Origin: Acidimicrobiia bacterium
GTDB lineage: Bacteria > Actinomycetota > Acidimicrobiia > Spongiisociales > JAENVV01
Reading direction: 5' to 3'
Assembly (NCBI GenBank): GCA_041635475.1
Contig: JBFKVA010000004.1
Span: 2,640-66,639, forward strand
Length of the DNA: 64,000 bases
The translations under genes were made by a program, and so were the position numbers. Below the pieces are notes generated by a model. The model had not been told where the DNA came from and made no database searches. It saw only the letters and a program-made list of their open reading frames with translations. Shown piece by piece: positions 18,585 to 30,345 of the stretch (position 1 is the stretch's first letter; the number at the start of each line of letters is the position of its first letter).

Positions 18585-19955
18585 ATGGTCCCTGCCAGCG
18601 AGTTCGAACGCCGCCGAGCGGCACTCGTCGAGGGCATGGACGACGACGGGATCATCCTCCTCCTCGGCCACGACCAGGCGCCGATGAACTACCCGGGGAA
18701 CCCGTATCCGTTCCGCCAGGAGTCGTCGTTCCGCTACTTCTTCGGGCTCGACGAGCCGGGTGCGGCCGGGTGGCTCGACCTGGCCACCGGCGACCAGCGG
18801 CTCTACGCACATGTCCCCGACCTCGACTCGGTCATCTGGGAGGGCGACCTGCCCTCCCTGGGGGAACGGGTCGAGCCGTACGGGGCGGTCGACGCCCGCC
18901 CGGTTGCCGACCTGGCCGCCGACGTGACCGCGGTGACGCGCGGGCGACGCGTCCACACACTTCCCCCCACCCGTCCGGCCGGGCGCGAGCGCCTCACCCG
19001 CCTGGTCGGCGGCGCCGATTCCTCGCCCGATCTCATCAAGGCGGTCGTTGCGTTGCGGGAACGCAAGAGCCCCGCCGAGGTGGCGGAGATCACCGAGGCC
19101 GTCAATCGGACGGCGACCCTCCACAGGCTGGCCATGGCCGAGACCCGTCCCGGCCTCACCGAGGACGACGTCGTCCGTCGCCTCCAGGCGGCAGCCGCCG
19201 CCGACGGGTGGGAGTGGGCGTACCCGATCATCTTCTCGGTTCGGGGCGAGGTGCTCCACAACCTCGGACACGACAACCCGATGGAGAGCGGCCATCTCGT
19301 CGTCAACGACAGCGGCGTGACCTCGCCCGGCGGATACGCATCCGACGTGACGCGTACGTTCCCCGTCTCCGGCAGGTTCTCACCGGACCAGCTGGCCGTG
19401 TACGACATCGTCCGCGCCGCCCGTGCCGCCGCGCTGGCCCGCGCCGGGACCGGCATCCCGTACCGGGCGGCCCACGATGCGGCCGGACGCGTCATCACCG
19501 AGGGCCTCTCCGACCTCGGAATCATGCGCGGTGACCCCGACGAGTCGGTGGCAGCCGGAGCCTTCACCGCGTTCATGCCGCACGGTGTCGGACACATGCT
19601 GGGCCTCGACGTTCACGACATGGAGGGGTTGGGCGAGGACAACGTCGGCTATGACGGCCGGCACCGCCGGGCTGAGGCCTTCGGGCTGTCCAACCTCCGC
19701 CTGGCCAAGCCGCTTCGACCCGGGTTTGTCGTCACCGTGGAACCCGGCGTCTACTTCATCCCCAAGCTCCTCCGACGCTGGGCCGAGCAGGGACTCCACG
19801 AGGAGTTCATCGACTTCACGTCCGCCCTCCGCTTTGAGCGGTTCGGGGGTGTCCGCATTGAGGATGTCATCTCGGTGACGACCGACGGGGTGGACCTCCT
19901 CGGGGACCCAATCCCCACGTCACCCGCCGATGTCGAGGCCGCCTGCACGGGCTGA
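18585..19955 (+). CDS. Xaa-Pro aminopeptidase (M24B, aminopeptidase P family)
   Basis: FRQESSFRYFFG N-domain. HGVGHMLGLDVHD and VEPG metal-ligand segments. Confidence 0.85.
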   Translation: MVPASEFERRRAALVEGMDDDGIILLLGHDQAPMNYPGNPYPFRQESSFRYFFGLDEPGAAGWLDLATGDQRLYAHVPDLDSVIWEGDLPSLGERVEPYGAVDARPVADLAADVTAVTRGRRVHTLPPTRPAGRERLTRLVGGADSSPDLIKAVVALRERKSPAEVAEITEAVNRTATLHRLAMAETRPGLTEDDVVRRLQAAAAADGWEWAYPIIFSVRGEVLHNLGHDNPMESGHLVVNDSGVTSPGGYASDVTRTFPVSGRFSPDQLAVYDIVRAARAAALARAGTGIPYRAAHDAAGRVITEGLSDLGIMRGDPDESVAAGAFTAFMPHGVGHMLGLDVHDMEGLGEDNVGYDGRHRRAEAFGLSNLRLAKPLRPGFVVTVEPGVYFIPKLLRRWAEQGLHEEFIDFTSALRFERFGGVRIEDVISVTTDGVDLLGDPIPTSPADVEAACTG

Positions 19956-19957
19956 GG

Positions 19958-21112
19958 TCACGCCCCGAGGATCTGCTGGAGGTGGGGTGTGTAGAACTCC
20001 GGTTCGAGCAGGAACGAGTCGTGCCCCTTCTCGGAATGGACCGTGATGCGCATCGCATCGATGCCGGCGTGCTTCAGCACCCGCATGAGCTTCGTCTGCT
20101 CCTCGGGGTAGTAGCAGACGTCCGAGTCGATGGAGAACACGAGGTACTGCTGGTCGACACACCGGGCGAACAGGTCTTCGAACGTCGCCGCCGCCGGATC
20201 CACCTCGGCGATGAGGTCGAAGTGCTGCCAGAGCCACATGAGACGAAGGTAGGTGTTGGCATCGAATCGCTGCAGGAACTTCTGTCCCTGGTACCAGAGG
20301 TACGACTCGAGCGGATGGGTGATCTCGTAGCCCTCGGGGTGATCCCTGGCAACCATCACCCCACCCCGGGCCCTCTCGGCCATGGCATCGAGCGAAACGA
20401 AGGTCTTGTGCCCGATCATCCGGGCCAGCGCCAGGCCGCGGTCGGGGTGCGGGCCGTCGTAGTAGTCGCCGCCGGCGAAGTCGGGGTCGTTGAGGATGGC
20501 CACGGTCTGCTCGAAGTTGTGCAGGAACTGCAGCGGGGTCGTCTCGAGGCCTGCCGCCACCGGGATGACGTTCCTGATCCGGTGGGGATGGGCCGTGGCG
20601 AGCACGAGGACGAGGAGCCCGCCGACCGAGGCACCAATCGCCGCGTGGAGCCGGTTGATCCCCAGGTGGTCGAGCAACACGAGTTGCGAGTTCACGACGT
20701 CGATGCACCGGATGTCGGGAAACGCTGACCCGTAGGGCCCGCCGGTCGAGGGGTTGGGCGAGCCGGGGCCGGTGGAGCCGTAGCAGCCGCCGAGGTAGTT
20801 GATCGAGATCACGAAGAAACGATCGGTGTCGAGGGCGAGTCCGGGGCCGATGAACCCACTCCACCATCCGCGCTGGCACTCGTCGTTCCACCTCGCCACA
20901 CCGGGGACACCCTCGTTCCAGCCGGACGCGTGCTGGCTTCCGGTGAGGGCATGGAACACGAGGATCGCGTTGTCCGCCGCCTCGTTCAGTTCGCCGTAGG
21001 TCTCGTAGGCGAGGGTGACCTCATCGAGGTGGCCACCCTGGCTCAGACGGAAGGGGAGCTCCGCGGGCGGAAACGCGAAGAACTGCGTTTTGGTTGGACC
21101 GACACCGACCAT
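19958..21112 (-). CDS. metX: homoserine O-acetyltransferase
   Basis: LAYETYGELN, VFHALTGSQH and GASVGG nucleophile. Start overlaps the pcm stop by 1 nt. Confidence 0.9.
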   Translation of the reverse strand: MVGVGPTKTQFFAFPPAELPFRLSQGGHLDEVTLAYETYGELNEAADNAILVFHALTGSQHASGWNEGVPGVARWNDECQRGWWSGFIGPGLALDTDRFFVISINYLGGCYGSTGPGSPNPSTGGPYGSAFPDIRCIDVVNSQLVLLDHLGINRLHAAIGASVGGLLVLVLATAHPHRIRNVIPVAAGLETTPLQFLHNFEQTVAILNDPDFAGGDYYDGPHPDRGLALARMIGHKTFVSLDAMAERARGGVMVARDHPEGYEITHPLESYLWYQGQKFLQRFDANTYLRLMWLWQHFDLIAEVDPAAATFEDLFARCVDQQYLVFSIDSDVCYYPEEQTKLMRVLKHAGIDAMRITVHSEKGHDSFLLEPEFYTPHLQQILGA

Positions 21113-21759
21113 CAGGCACCCCCCGGATACCCGGCCGGCCCGACGAGCGGTACGAAGCGACAGCCGCCCCGCCGTTCGATCGTCACCCCGTCGACCGTCC
21201 TCGTGACGATCGTGAGCGTCTGCGAGGATCTCGGCCCGACCGGGATGGCGAGTCGTCCCCCGACCGCGAGTTGGTCGACGAGTTCGGCGGGGACATCTGG
21301 GGCTGCCGCGGCCACCACGATGGCGTCGTACGGACCGAGCTCCGGGGCACCGAGTCGGTCCGGCGTGTGCACGACAACTACGTTGTCGGCCCCCACCTCG
21401 GCCAAGGATCGCCGCGCACGCTGCGCCAGTTCCTCGATGACCTCGGTGCTCACCACCGAGCGACACAGCCTCGAGAGGAGAGCAGCCTGGTAACCGGAGC
21501 CGGCGCCGACCTCCAGCACGTGCTCATGCCCGGAGAGCTCGACGGCCTCCAGCATGATTGCCACCATCGACGGCTGCGAGATGGTCTGTCCGAACCCGAT
21601 CGCCCGCGGCACGTCGGCGAACGCCATGGCCCGATCCTCGGGGTTGACGAACACCTCGCGAGGGACCTCGGCGACCGCGCGAAGCACCCGCTCGTCGCGG
21701 ACCGACCTGCCCACCTCGCGCACGAGCCGGGCCTTGCGGTCCACTTCCGGGCGGATCAT
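21112..21759 (-). CDS. pcm: protein-L-isoaspartate O-methyltransferase
   Basis: GFGQTISQPSMVAIMLE and VLEVGAGSGYQAALL. An alternative GTG start at 21813 would overlap the metY stop (GTGA). Confidence 0.8.
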   Translation of the reverse strand: MIRPEVDRKARLVREVGRSVRDERVLRAVAEVPREVFVNPEDRAMAFADVPRAIGFGQTISQPSMVAIMLEAVELSGHEHVLEVGAGSGYQAALLSRLCRSVVSTEVIEELAQRARRSLAEVGADNVVVVHTPDRLGAPELGPYDAIVVAAAAPDVPAELVDQLAVGGRLAIPVGPRSSQTLTIVTRTVDGVTIERRGGCRFVPLVGPAGYPGGA

Positions 21760-21809
21760 GGCAGGGACCCTAGCCCCTCCTCCGACGCCGCTCGGTGCCG
21801 CGACTACGG

Positions 21810-24081
<2,272 letters not shown>

Positions 24082-24144
24082 GCTTCGATATTAGTTGCAT
24101 GTCGTAGCTAAATAAAGTACCGTGCCCGACGAGAGGAGGTCATC

Positions 24145-25095
24145 GTGAACGAATCGGCATACCGGGAGGCAGAAACCAGGTTCCTCGAATCGGTGCGAAT
24201 CCACCCACAGGAGTCCTTCGTACGTCTGCCCCGGCTGGGGGCGAGCGTTCGGGTCCAGACCGTCGGCAGTGGTCCGCCGGTCCTCTTCATACACGGCGGG
24301 CCCAACGCCGGGACGACCTGGGCTCCCCTCGTCTCCCGCATGACCGGGGTCACCTGTCACCTCCTCGACCGGCCGGGGACGGGTCTCAGCGACAGGTACG
24401 TCGTCGACAAGGCCGACCTCGTCGGGTTCGCGTCCCATCTCGTCGTCGACGTTCTCGACGGCCTGGGCATCGAACGGGCGCACGTCGTGGCCTCCTCCTT
24501 CGGCGGATACTGCGCCCTCCACAGCGCGGCTGCCAGTCCCGAACGGTTCCTGCGCATGGTCCAGATGGCGTGCCCGGCACTCCTTCCCGGACAGCAGATG
24601 CCCCCGTTCATGAAGCTCATCACCACCCCCGGACTTCGTCACTTCATCGGTGCCCTCCCCCCGACTCGACGGGTGCAGGACTCCATCCTGCGACAGATCG
24701 GACACGGCAAGACCCTCGATGCCGGCCAAATGCCGCAAGGGCACGGCGACTGGTACATGGCGCTCACCCGCCACACGGAGACCATGAAGAACGACGGCGA
24801 GATGATCTTCCGGCTTCGGCGAGGCAGAAGGTTCGATGAGCGGGTGGCCCTCGACGAGGCGACACTCGCCCGGGTCACGACACCTACCCACTTCCTGTGG
24901 GGTGCCGACGACACCTTCGGCGACGAGGAAGTGGCCCGGTGGGTCGTCGGGGTCATGCCGAACGCCACCGTGGAGATGATCCCAGACTCCGGCCACCTCC
25001 CCTGGCTCGACGACCCGGGGTACATCGCCGACCAGACCATGGCCTTCCTCGACCGGGTCGACCAAGCACCCATCGACGAAGGAGCACTCTCGTGA
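24145..25095 (+). CDS. alpha/beta hydrolase
   Basis: GTG start after GAGGAGG. PVLFIHGGPN and VASSFGG elbow. Divergent from the TetR gene. Confidence 0.8.
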   Translation: MNESAYREAETRFLESVRIHPQESFVRLPRLGASVRVQTVGSGPPVLFIHGGPNAGTTWAPLVSRMTGVTCHLLDRPGTGLSDRYVVDKADLVGFASHLVVDVLDGLGIERAHVVASSFGGYCALHSAAASPERFLRMVQMACPALLPGQQMPPFMKLITTPGLRHFIGALPPTRRVQDSILRQIGHGKTLDAGQMPQGHGDWYMALTRHTETMKNDGEMIFRLRRGRRFDERVALDEATLARVTTPTHFLWGADDTFGDEEVARWVVGVMPNATVEMIPDSGHLPWLDDPGYIADQTMAFLDRVDQAPIDEGALS

Positions 25096-25694
25096 CCAGT
25101 GAGGCCATCACCCAGACCACGGCCCGGACGGGGACCCGCCAGTCCATTCGCACCTGGACGATGATCGCCCTCGTGGCGTTCCTGGCCAGCCTCCTGCTCT
25201 GGATCGGGTTCCTCACCGTGGGAGGGATCTTCTTCACCCTGAGCGACGGCATCGCGCTCGTTCTCGCCGCCTCGATGATCCCGGTCATGGTCGGCTTCGA
25301 CGCCCTGCTCAGGCCGGATGTCGGTGGGTTGTCGCGCCTCGCCACATGGGTCGGGACGACGGGGATGAGCGTGGCCGCGGCCGGGAGCGTCGTGCTCCTC
25401 ATCGGCGAGCCCGCCCACCAGTTCGTGCCGATGGGAGGCGGCCTCGGCATGCAATTCGCCGGCTTCGGCCTCGAAGGAGCCTGGTTCGTCATGCTCGGGG
25501 TCATGTCCTCGCGGACGCACCTGCTGTCCCGGCGCCTCGGTACCGCGGCATGGATTGCCGGTATCGGCTTCCTCCTCGCCGGCTTGGGGGGGCCCATGGG
25601 TCCCGAGAGCATCGCGGTCTCGATCGGCGGCGTCCTGTCCCTGGTCGGGTTCGTCTGGTGGGCAGTCCGGACGCGGCGGGAGTTGGCCGAGTAG
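25092..25694 (+). CDS. hypothetical polytopic membrane protein
   Basis: GTG start overlapping the upstream stop (GTGA). About 6 TM helices. Confidence 0.5.
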   Translation: MTSEAITQTTARTGTRQSIRTWTMIALVAFLASLLLWIGFLTVGGIFFTLSDGIALVLAASMIPVMVGFDALLRPDVGGLSRLATWVGTTGMSVAAAGSVVLLIGEPAHQFVPMGGGLGMQFAGFGLEGAWFVMLGVMSSRTHLLSRRLGTAAWIAGIGFLLAGLGGPMGPESIAVSIGGVLSLVGFVWWAVRTRRELAE

Positions 25695-26293
25695 TGGTCG
25701 GCTCGGCGGTCTATGACTGGATGTACCGCCACTGGGCCCCGTGGGACTCGGTCGGGGTGCGCCCGGACCTCCTCGAGTTCCTCGATCGACGACAGATCAC
25801 CCCTCAACGCTTTCCGCGCGCCATCGACCTCGGGTGTGGGACGGGGGCCAACGTCGTTCACCTCGCCTCGATCGGCTTCGAGTCGTGGGGGGTCGATTTC
25901 TCCCAGGCTGCCATCGACAAGGCACGCCAACGAGCGGATTCGGCAGGGGTCGAGGCGCACTTCGTGGTGGGCGACCTCACTGGGCGGTCCATCGAAGGGG
26001 TCGCCGGTCCGTTCGACCTCATCGTCGACTTCGGCACCCTCGACGACCTACGGGGCGAGTCCCGCCTGGCGATGGCACGCCTCGCCACGAGCCTGGCCGG
26101 CCCGGGAGCCCGGTTCCTCGAGTACTGCTTCTACGGCGATCGCCGCGACCTGCCGTGGATCAGCTTCAGCGGGACCTCGAAGCTGAGCCACGTTGCCCCC
26201 GGTGAGTTGGAGTCACTCTTCGGCGAACACTGGGAGGTGGAGCCGTTTGCCACGTACCCGCGGATCGCCGTGTTCGAGCTGACCCGCCGGTAG
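25694..26293 (+). CDS. class I SAM-dependent methyltransferase
   Basis: AIDLGCGTGANVVHL motif I. The start (GTG 25694 or ATG 25721) is uncertain. Confidence 0.8.
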   Translation: MVGSAVYDWMYRHWAPWDSVGVRPDLLEFLDRRQITPQRFPRAIDLGCGTGANVVHLASIGFESWGVDFSQAAIDKARQRADSAGVEAHFVVGDLTGRSIEGVAGPFDLIVDFGTLDDLRGESRLAMARLATSLAGPGARFLEYCFYGDRRDLPWISFSGTSKLSHVAPGELESLFGEHWEVEPFATYPRIAVFELTRR

Positions 26294-26315
26294 CAGTGGA
26301 AGAGCGCGCTCGGAG

Positions 26316-27227
26316 GTGCCTAGGCTTGCCCCCGTGAACACCCAAGGCACCTCCCCCCGAGAGCTCCGCCACGCCCTCGAATCCATCCCAGAGGGCGCCA
26401 ACGACCCCGCCATCGCCAGGCCGGCCGAGGGTGACCCGCGTTACACGAAGAAGGGGAAACTCCGCAAGGAGTTCTACGAGAGGGAGCTCGCCAGGATGCA
26501 GGAGGAGCTCGTCGCCCTCCAGCACTGGGTGGCGGCCAAGGGCCTCAAGGTCCTCATCATCTTCGAGGGGCGCGGCTCGGCGGGCAAGGGCGGGGTCATC
26601 AAGCGGATCACTGAGCGGACGAGCCCACGCGTCGTGCGGGTTGTCGCCCTCCCCAAGCCGACGGAGCGTGAGCAGACCCAGTGGTACTTCCAGCGATACG
26701 TCCAACACCTCCCGGCTGCCGGCGAGATCGTCCTGTTCGATCGGTCGTGGTACAACCGATCGAACGTCGAGTGGGTCATGGGCTTCTGCACCGAGGAGGA
26801 GCACCAGGAGTTCCTGAGGTCGTGTCCCGAGTTCGAACGGATGCTCGTCCGATCCGGCATCATCCTCCTCAAGTACTGGTTCTCGGTGAGCTATGAGGAG
26901 CAGCACGCCCGTTTCGTGTCCCGCAACCAGGAGCCCCTCAAGCGCTGGAAGCTGTCGGACATGGACCTGGCCGAGCACGAGAAGTACGTGCAGTACTCCA
27001 TGTCGAAGGACATCACGTTCCAGTACACCGACACCAAGCAGGCTCCTTGGTACGTCGTCCCGTCGGATGACAAGAAGCGGGCCCGGCTCAACTGCATCAG
27101 CCACATCCTGCAGTCGATCCCGTACGAGGACATCGTGCCGGAGCCGGTCGCGCTGCCCAACCGTGAGGACATCCCGTACATCCGTCCCCCGATGTCCGAG
27201 CAGACGTTCGTCCCGCAGGTGTATTGA
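26316..27227 (+). CDS. ppk2: polyphosphate kinase 2
   Basis: IIFEGRGSAGKGG Walker A, FDRSWYNR and YWFSVSYEEQ lid segment. Confidence 0.9.
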   Translation: MPRLAPVNTQGTSPRELRHALESIPEGANDPAIARPAEGDPRYTKKGKLRKEFYERELARMQEELVALQHWVAAKGLKVLIIFEGRGSAGKGGVIKRITERTSPRVVRVVALPKPTEREQTQWYFQRYVQHLPAAGEIVLFDRSWYNRSNVEWVMGFCTEEEHQEFLRSCPEFERMLVRSGIILLKYWFSVSYEEQHARFVSRNQEPLKRWKLSDMDLAEHEKYVQYSMSKDITFQYTDTKQAPWYVVPSDDKKRARLNCISHILQSIPYEDIVPEPVALPNREDIPYIRPPMSEQTFVPQVY

Positions 27228-27241
27228 GAGGGGATCTGCCC

Positions 27242-27292
27242 CCCCGCCCTTCGGGTGGGGCAAGGGACCCGCAAGCCCGAAGGGCGCAGGGT
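27242..27292 (+). terminator. two adjacent GC-rich stem-loops after ppk2
   Basis: CCCCGCCC-TTC-GGGTGGGG (27242-27260) and ACCCGC..GCCC-GAA-GGGC..GCAGGGT (27267-27292). No U-tract follows. Confidence 0.35.
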
Positions 27293-27411
27293 TGCTCCTA
27301 TGTCAATTCGGTGGTGAGGGTTTTGGGGGGAAGCTTCCCTACCTCCGGCCTCACTTCGTTCGGTCGCAGGGACCTTCCCCCCGGCTACGCCGGTGGGACA
27401 GACACTCGGTC

Positions 27412-28338
27412 CTACGTCAGCTCCGCCAAGGCCCGTTCGAGATGCCAGTCGGCGCCCGCAGCCAGTTGGAGATAGGTACGTTCGATGCCCAACTCGGCCA
27501 GGCCGCCGATGAAGTCGCGATGCTGCTCCCACGTCCCCACGTGGATTCCCGGCGCCGCCCGCCAGCGTTCGAGGGTGAGGTCCGGGTCCAGGGCCCGGGA
27601 CGCAGCCACCGAGCGGACGGCTTCCACGACCTCGTCCTCGGTGTCGCCGCCGAGAACCGGTAGGCAGGTCGAGATGAGGATGTCATCAGGGTCCCGCCCG
27701 GCCCGCACCGCCGCCTCCCGCATCACCGCCAAGCGGGCGGCGACCCCCGACGCGGTGTGGTGGTAGACGTTGAACTCGTCGCAGTAGGTCCCCGCCAACG
27801 TCGGGGTCTTCACGCCGCCCGATCCTCCGGTCAACAGGCGCCGACCATGCCGGCGAGCCCGCGGGTGGGAGTCGAACCCGGTGAACCGGTAGTGCCTGCC
27901 GGTGAACCCCTCCTGGGGAGTGTCGAAGTAGGTCCTGACATACGCCAGTGCCTCGTCCAGCCACTCGAACCGGGTGGTCGCGTCGGGGTACTCGATCCCG
28001 TGGTACGTGTGCTCGTCCTCGTGCCATCCGGTGCCCAACCCGAGTACGAATCGACCGTCGGAGAGGTCGTCGATGGAGAGCGCCGCCTTGGCGTACACGG
28101 CCGGATGTCGGAACGTGATCGGACTCACGAGCATGACGAGCTCGACGCGTGACGTGTCGCGGCCGAGGGCGGCGGCCTGGACGAGCGAGTCGTGGACCGG
28201 CGACGTGTAGTGCGCAGGTTCGGAGCCAAAGAGGTAGTGGTCGGCGAAGGCGAGGGCTGTCGCCGATGACGCCTCGGTGATGGCGGCGACGCGAAGCAGG
28301 TGTTCGTAGTCGCCGGTGGCCTGGACGCCGATCTCCAT
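27412..28338 (-). CDS. LLM-class (luciferase-like) flavin-dependent oxidoreductase
   Basis: MEIGVQATG start. FVLGLGTGWHEDEH motif. Confidence 0.85.
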   Translation of the reverse strand: MEIGVQATGDYEHLLRVAAITEASSATALAFADHYLFGSEPAHYTSPVHDSLVQAAALGRDTSRVELVMLVSPITFRHPAVYAKAALSIDDLSDGRFVLGLGTGWHEDEHTYHGIEYPDATTRFEWLDEALAYVRTYFDTPQEGFTGRHYRFTGFDSHPRARRHGRRLLTGGSGGVKTPTLAGTYCDEFNVYHHTASGVAARLAVMREAAVRAGRDPDDILISTCLPVLGGDTEDEVVEAVRSVAASRALDPDLTLERWRAAPGIHVGTWEQHRDFIGGLAELGIERTYLQLAAGADWHLERALAELT

Positions 28339-28354
28339 CGGGCGACAGTAGCCC

Positions 28355-29416
28355 TCACAATTCGGGGAGTTGCCTTCCCACCAGGTTGCCGCCGGCTCCC
28401 CGGGACTCCTCGATCCCCAGCAGGGCTGTGGCCAGGAGGGCGTCGGCCGAGTCCCCACTTCGGGGCTCGTGGACAGCGATTCCCACCGAGGCGGTTATCA
28501 CCTGGGCGGTGTCCGAGGACGGGTGGGCGATGGAGAGTGCCGCCACGGCCTCCCGGGCGCGGGTCCCTGCCCTTCCGATCTCCGAGGCGTCGGTCGCCGG
28601 CAGGACCACCGCGAACAGGTCATCCTCGAGGCGGGCCGCCACCTCGCCCGCTCTCTGGAACGACTCCCGGAGGGCGTCGGCCACCCGCCTCAGTACTCGA
28701 TCCCCCTCGCTCCGGCCCTCCACCGCGTTGTAGGCGGCGAACGAGTCGAGGTCGGCGACGACCACGCCGAGCGGGAGTCCCGCTCGGTCGGCCCGTCGCA
28801 CCTCGATACGCAGGAGTTGGTCGAAGCGGGCCCGGTTGGCCAGGCCGGTCAGCGCGTCGTCGAAGGCGAGGTCGCGAAGGACGCGCTGGGCTCGCTTGTG
28901 GTCGAGGATCGCCCATGTGCTGTGCATGAGCATCGAGACCCGCCGGCGGTCAGCTTCGCTGTACGGCGAACGCTTGTTGAGGACCCCGCCAACCGCCACC
29001 ACGTCGCCCTGGGCAACGATGGGACTGCTGACGAACCGGTGGACCGCCCCGGGGTAGTCGAGGCCGCGAGTCGCGGCTTGATCGAGCGGGCCCTCGCCGG
29101 CGACGAGTACCTCGCCCGACGAGGCCACCTGCGCCCAGTCCCCCGCCTCGGCGATCACGATCCGCCGATCGGAACCGCCGATCCCACTCGACCAGGTCCC
29201 CGACTCCAATGTTCCATCGGCTTGGTTGACCACGAAGAGGAACGCCGCTTCGCTCCGGGTGAGTTCGGCCACGATCTCAAGCGCCTCGTCGCGGGCGTCG
29301 GAGGTCGCGACATCGGGATGCTGGGCGAGGCGCATGAGGGACTCGAGCAGCTGCGCAGTGCGGCGGAGACGACCCAGTTCGTCGTTCAATGCCTCGATGT
29401 CACCGACCATGGCCAC
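28355..29416 (-). CDS. GAF domain protein with degenerate GGDEF domain
   Basis: GAF-like N-half. DALTGLANRARF opens the GGDEF fold, but the active-site position reads RLEDDLF instead of RxGGDEF/GGEEF. Confidence 0.8.
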   Translation of the reverse strand: MAMVGDIEALNDELGRLRRTAQLLESLMRLAQHPDVATSDARDEALEIVAELTRSEAAFLFVVNQADGTLESGTWSSGIGGSDRRIVIAEAGDWAQVASSGEVLVAGEGPLDQAATRGLDYPGAVHRFVSSPIVAQGDVVAVGGVLNKRSPYSEADRRRVSMLMHSTWAILDHKRAQRVLRDLAFDDALTGLANRARFDQLLRIEVRRADRAGLPLGVVVADLDSFAAYNAVEGRSEGDRVLRRVADALRESFQRAGEVAARLEDDLFAVVLPATDASEIGRAGTRAREAVAALSIAHPSSDTAQVITASVGIAVHEPRSGDSADALLATALLGIEESRGAGGNLVGRQLPEL

Positions 29417-29445
29417 CCCGATCCATCCCCGACACTACCTGGCGG

Positions 29446-30345
29446 TCAGCGGCGGATGACGGTACCTGCCCGTCCTTCCAGGATGTCCTGGGCGTCCGCC
29501 AGCCGCCCAATCCCGGCAACCCCGCCGGTCTCGACGGCGAACCAGCAGGCCGCCTCCAGTTTCGGGCCAATCGACCCCGGGTCGTACTCGGCCAGGTCGA
29601 AGTCCGAAGGTGTTGCGTGCCTGATCTCCTCCACGGAGTCGGTTCCGAAACCCCGGAGCACGGCCGGGGCGTCGGTCAGGAGGAGCAGCGCGTCTGCTCC
29701 CAACTCGGCGGCCATCTTGGCCGACATGCGGTCCTTGTCGACAACGGCCTCCACCCCGGACCAGCCCAGCTCGTTGAGGACGACGGGGATCCCTCCCCCA
29801 CCGCCGCACACGACGACGACGCCGGCCTCCAGCAGGATCCGAATCGCCGGAAGCTGGGGGATCTCGAGGGGCGGAGGCGAGGCGACGACGCGTCGAACCC
29901 CCCGGCCGTCGCGGACGAGGGCCCACCCGTGGAGGCGCCGGAGTTCCTCCTCCAGCTCTGCCGGGTACACCATCCCGATCGGTTTGGTCGGATACAGAAA
30001 GGCCGGGTCGGCCGGGTCGACCACGACCATCGTGATGAGGGTTGCCACCTCCTTCGTGGCGAGGCGTTCCCGCAGTTCGCGCTCGATGAGGTATCCGATC
30101 ATCCCGTCGGTCTCGGCGTTGAGGATGTCGAGCGGGTAGGCCTCGATGCCTTCGATGGCCGCCGACTGGAGGGCCAGCAGCCCTATCTGGGGGCCGTTGC
30201 CGTGGGTGATGACGAGTTCGTTGCTCACAGCCAGGGGCACGAGGGCGGCCGCCGCGATCTCCACGTTCCTGACCTGCGCCTCTGACGTGGGCTGTTCCCC
30301 TCGTCGGAGGAGGGCGTTTCCCCCGAGGGCGGCCACCACCCTCAT
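29446..30345 (-). CDS. arcC: carbamate kinase
   Basis: MRVVAALGGNALL, ITHGNGPQIG, CGGGGGIPV and VDKDRMSA motifs. Confidence 0.9.
   Translation of the reverse strand: MRVVAALGGNALLRRGEQPTSEAQVRNVEIAAAALVPLAVSNELVITHGNGPQIGLLALQSAAIEGIEAYPLDILNAETDGMIGYLIERELRERLATKEVATLITMVVVDPADPAFLYPTKPIGMVYPAELEEELRRLHGWALVRDGRGVRRVVASPPPLEIPQLPAIRILLEAGVVVVCGGGGGIPVVLNELGWSGVEAVVDKDRMSAKMAAELGADALLLLTDAPAVLRGFGTDSVEEIRHATPSDFDLAEYDPGSIGPKLEAACWFAVETGGVAGIGRLADAQDILEGRAGTVIRR

Noticed and set aside
24082-24144. AT-rich TetR/hydrolase divergent region with TTAG-N13-CTAA partial symmetry as a TetR operator
   Set aside because: Only the 4-bp ends are symmetric and the interior mismatches are too many to call an operator from sequence alone.
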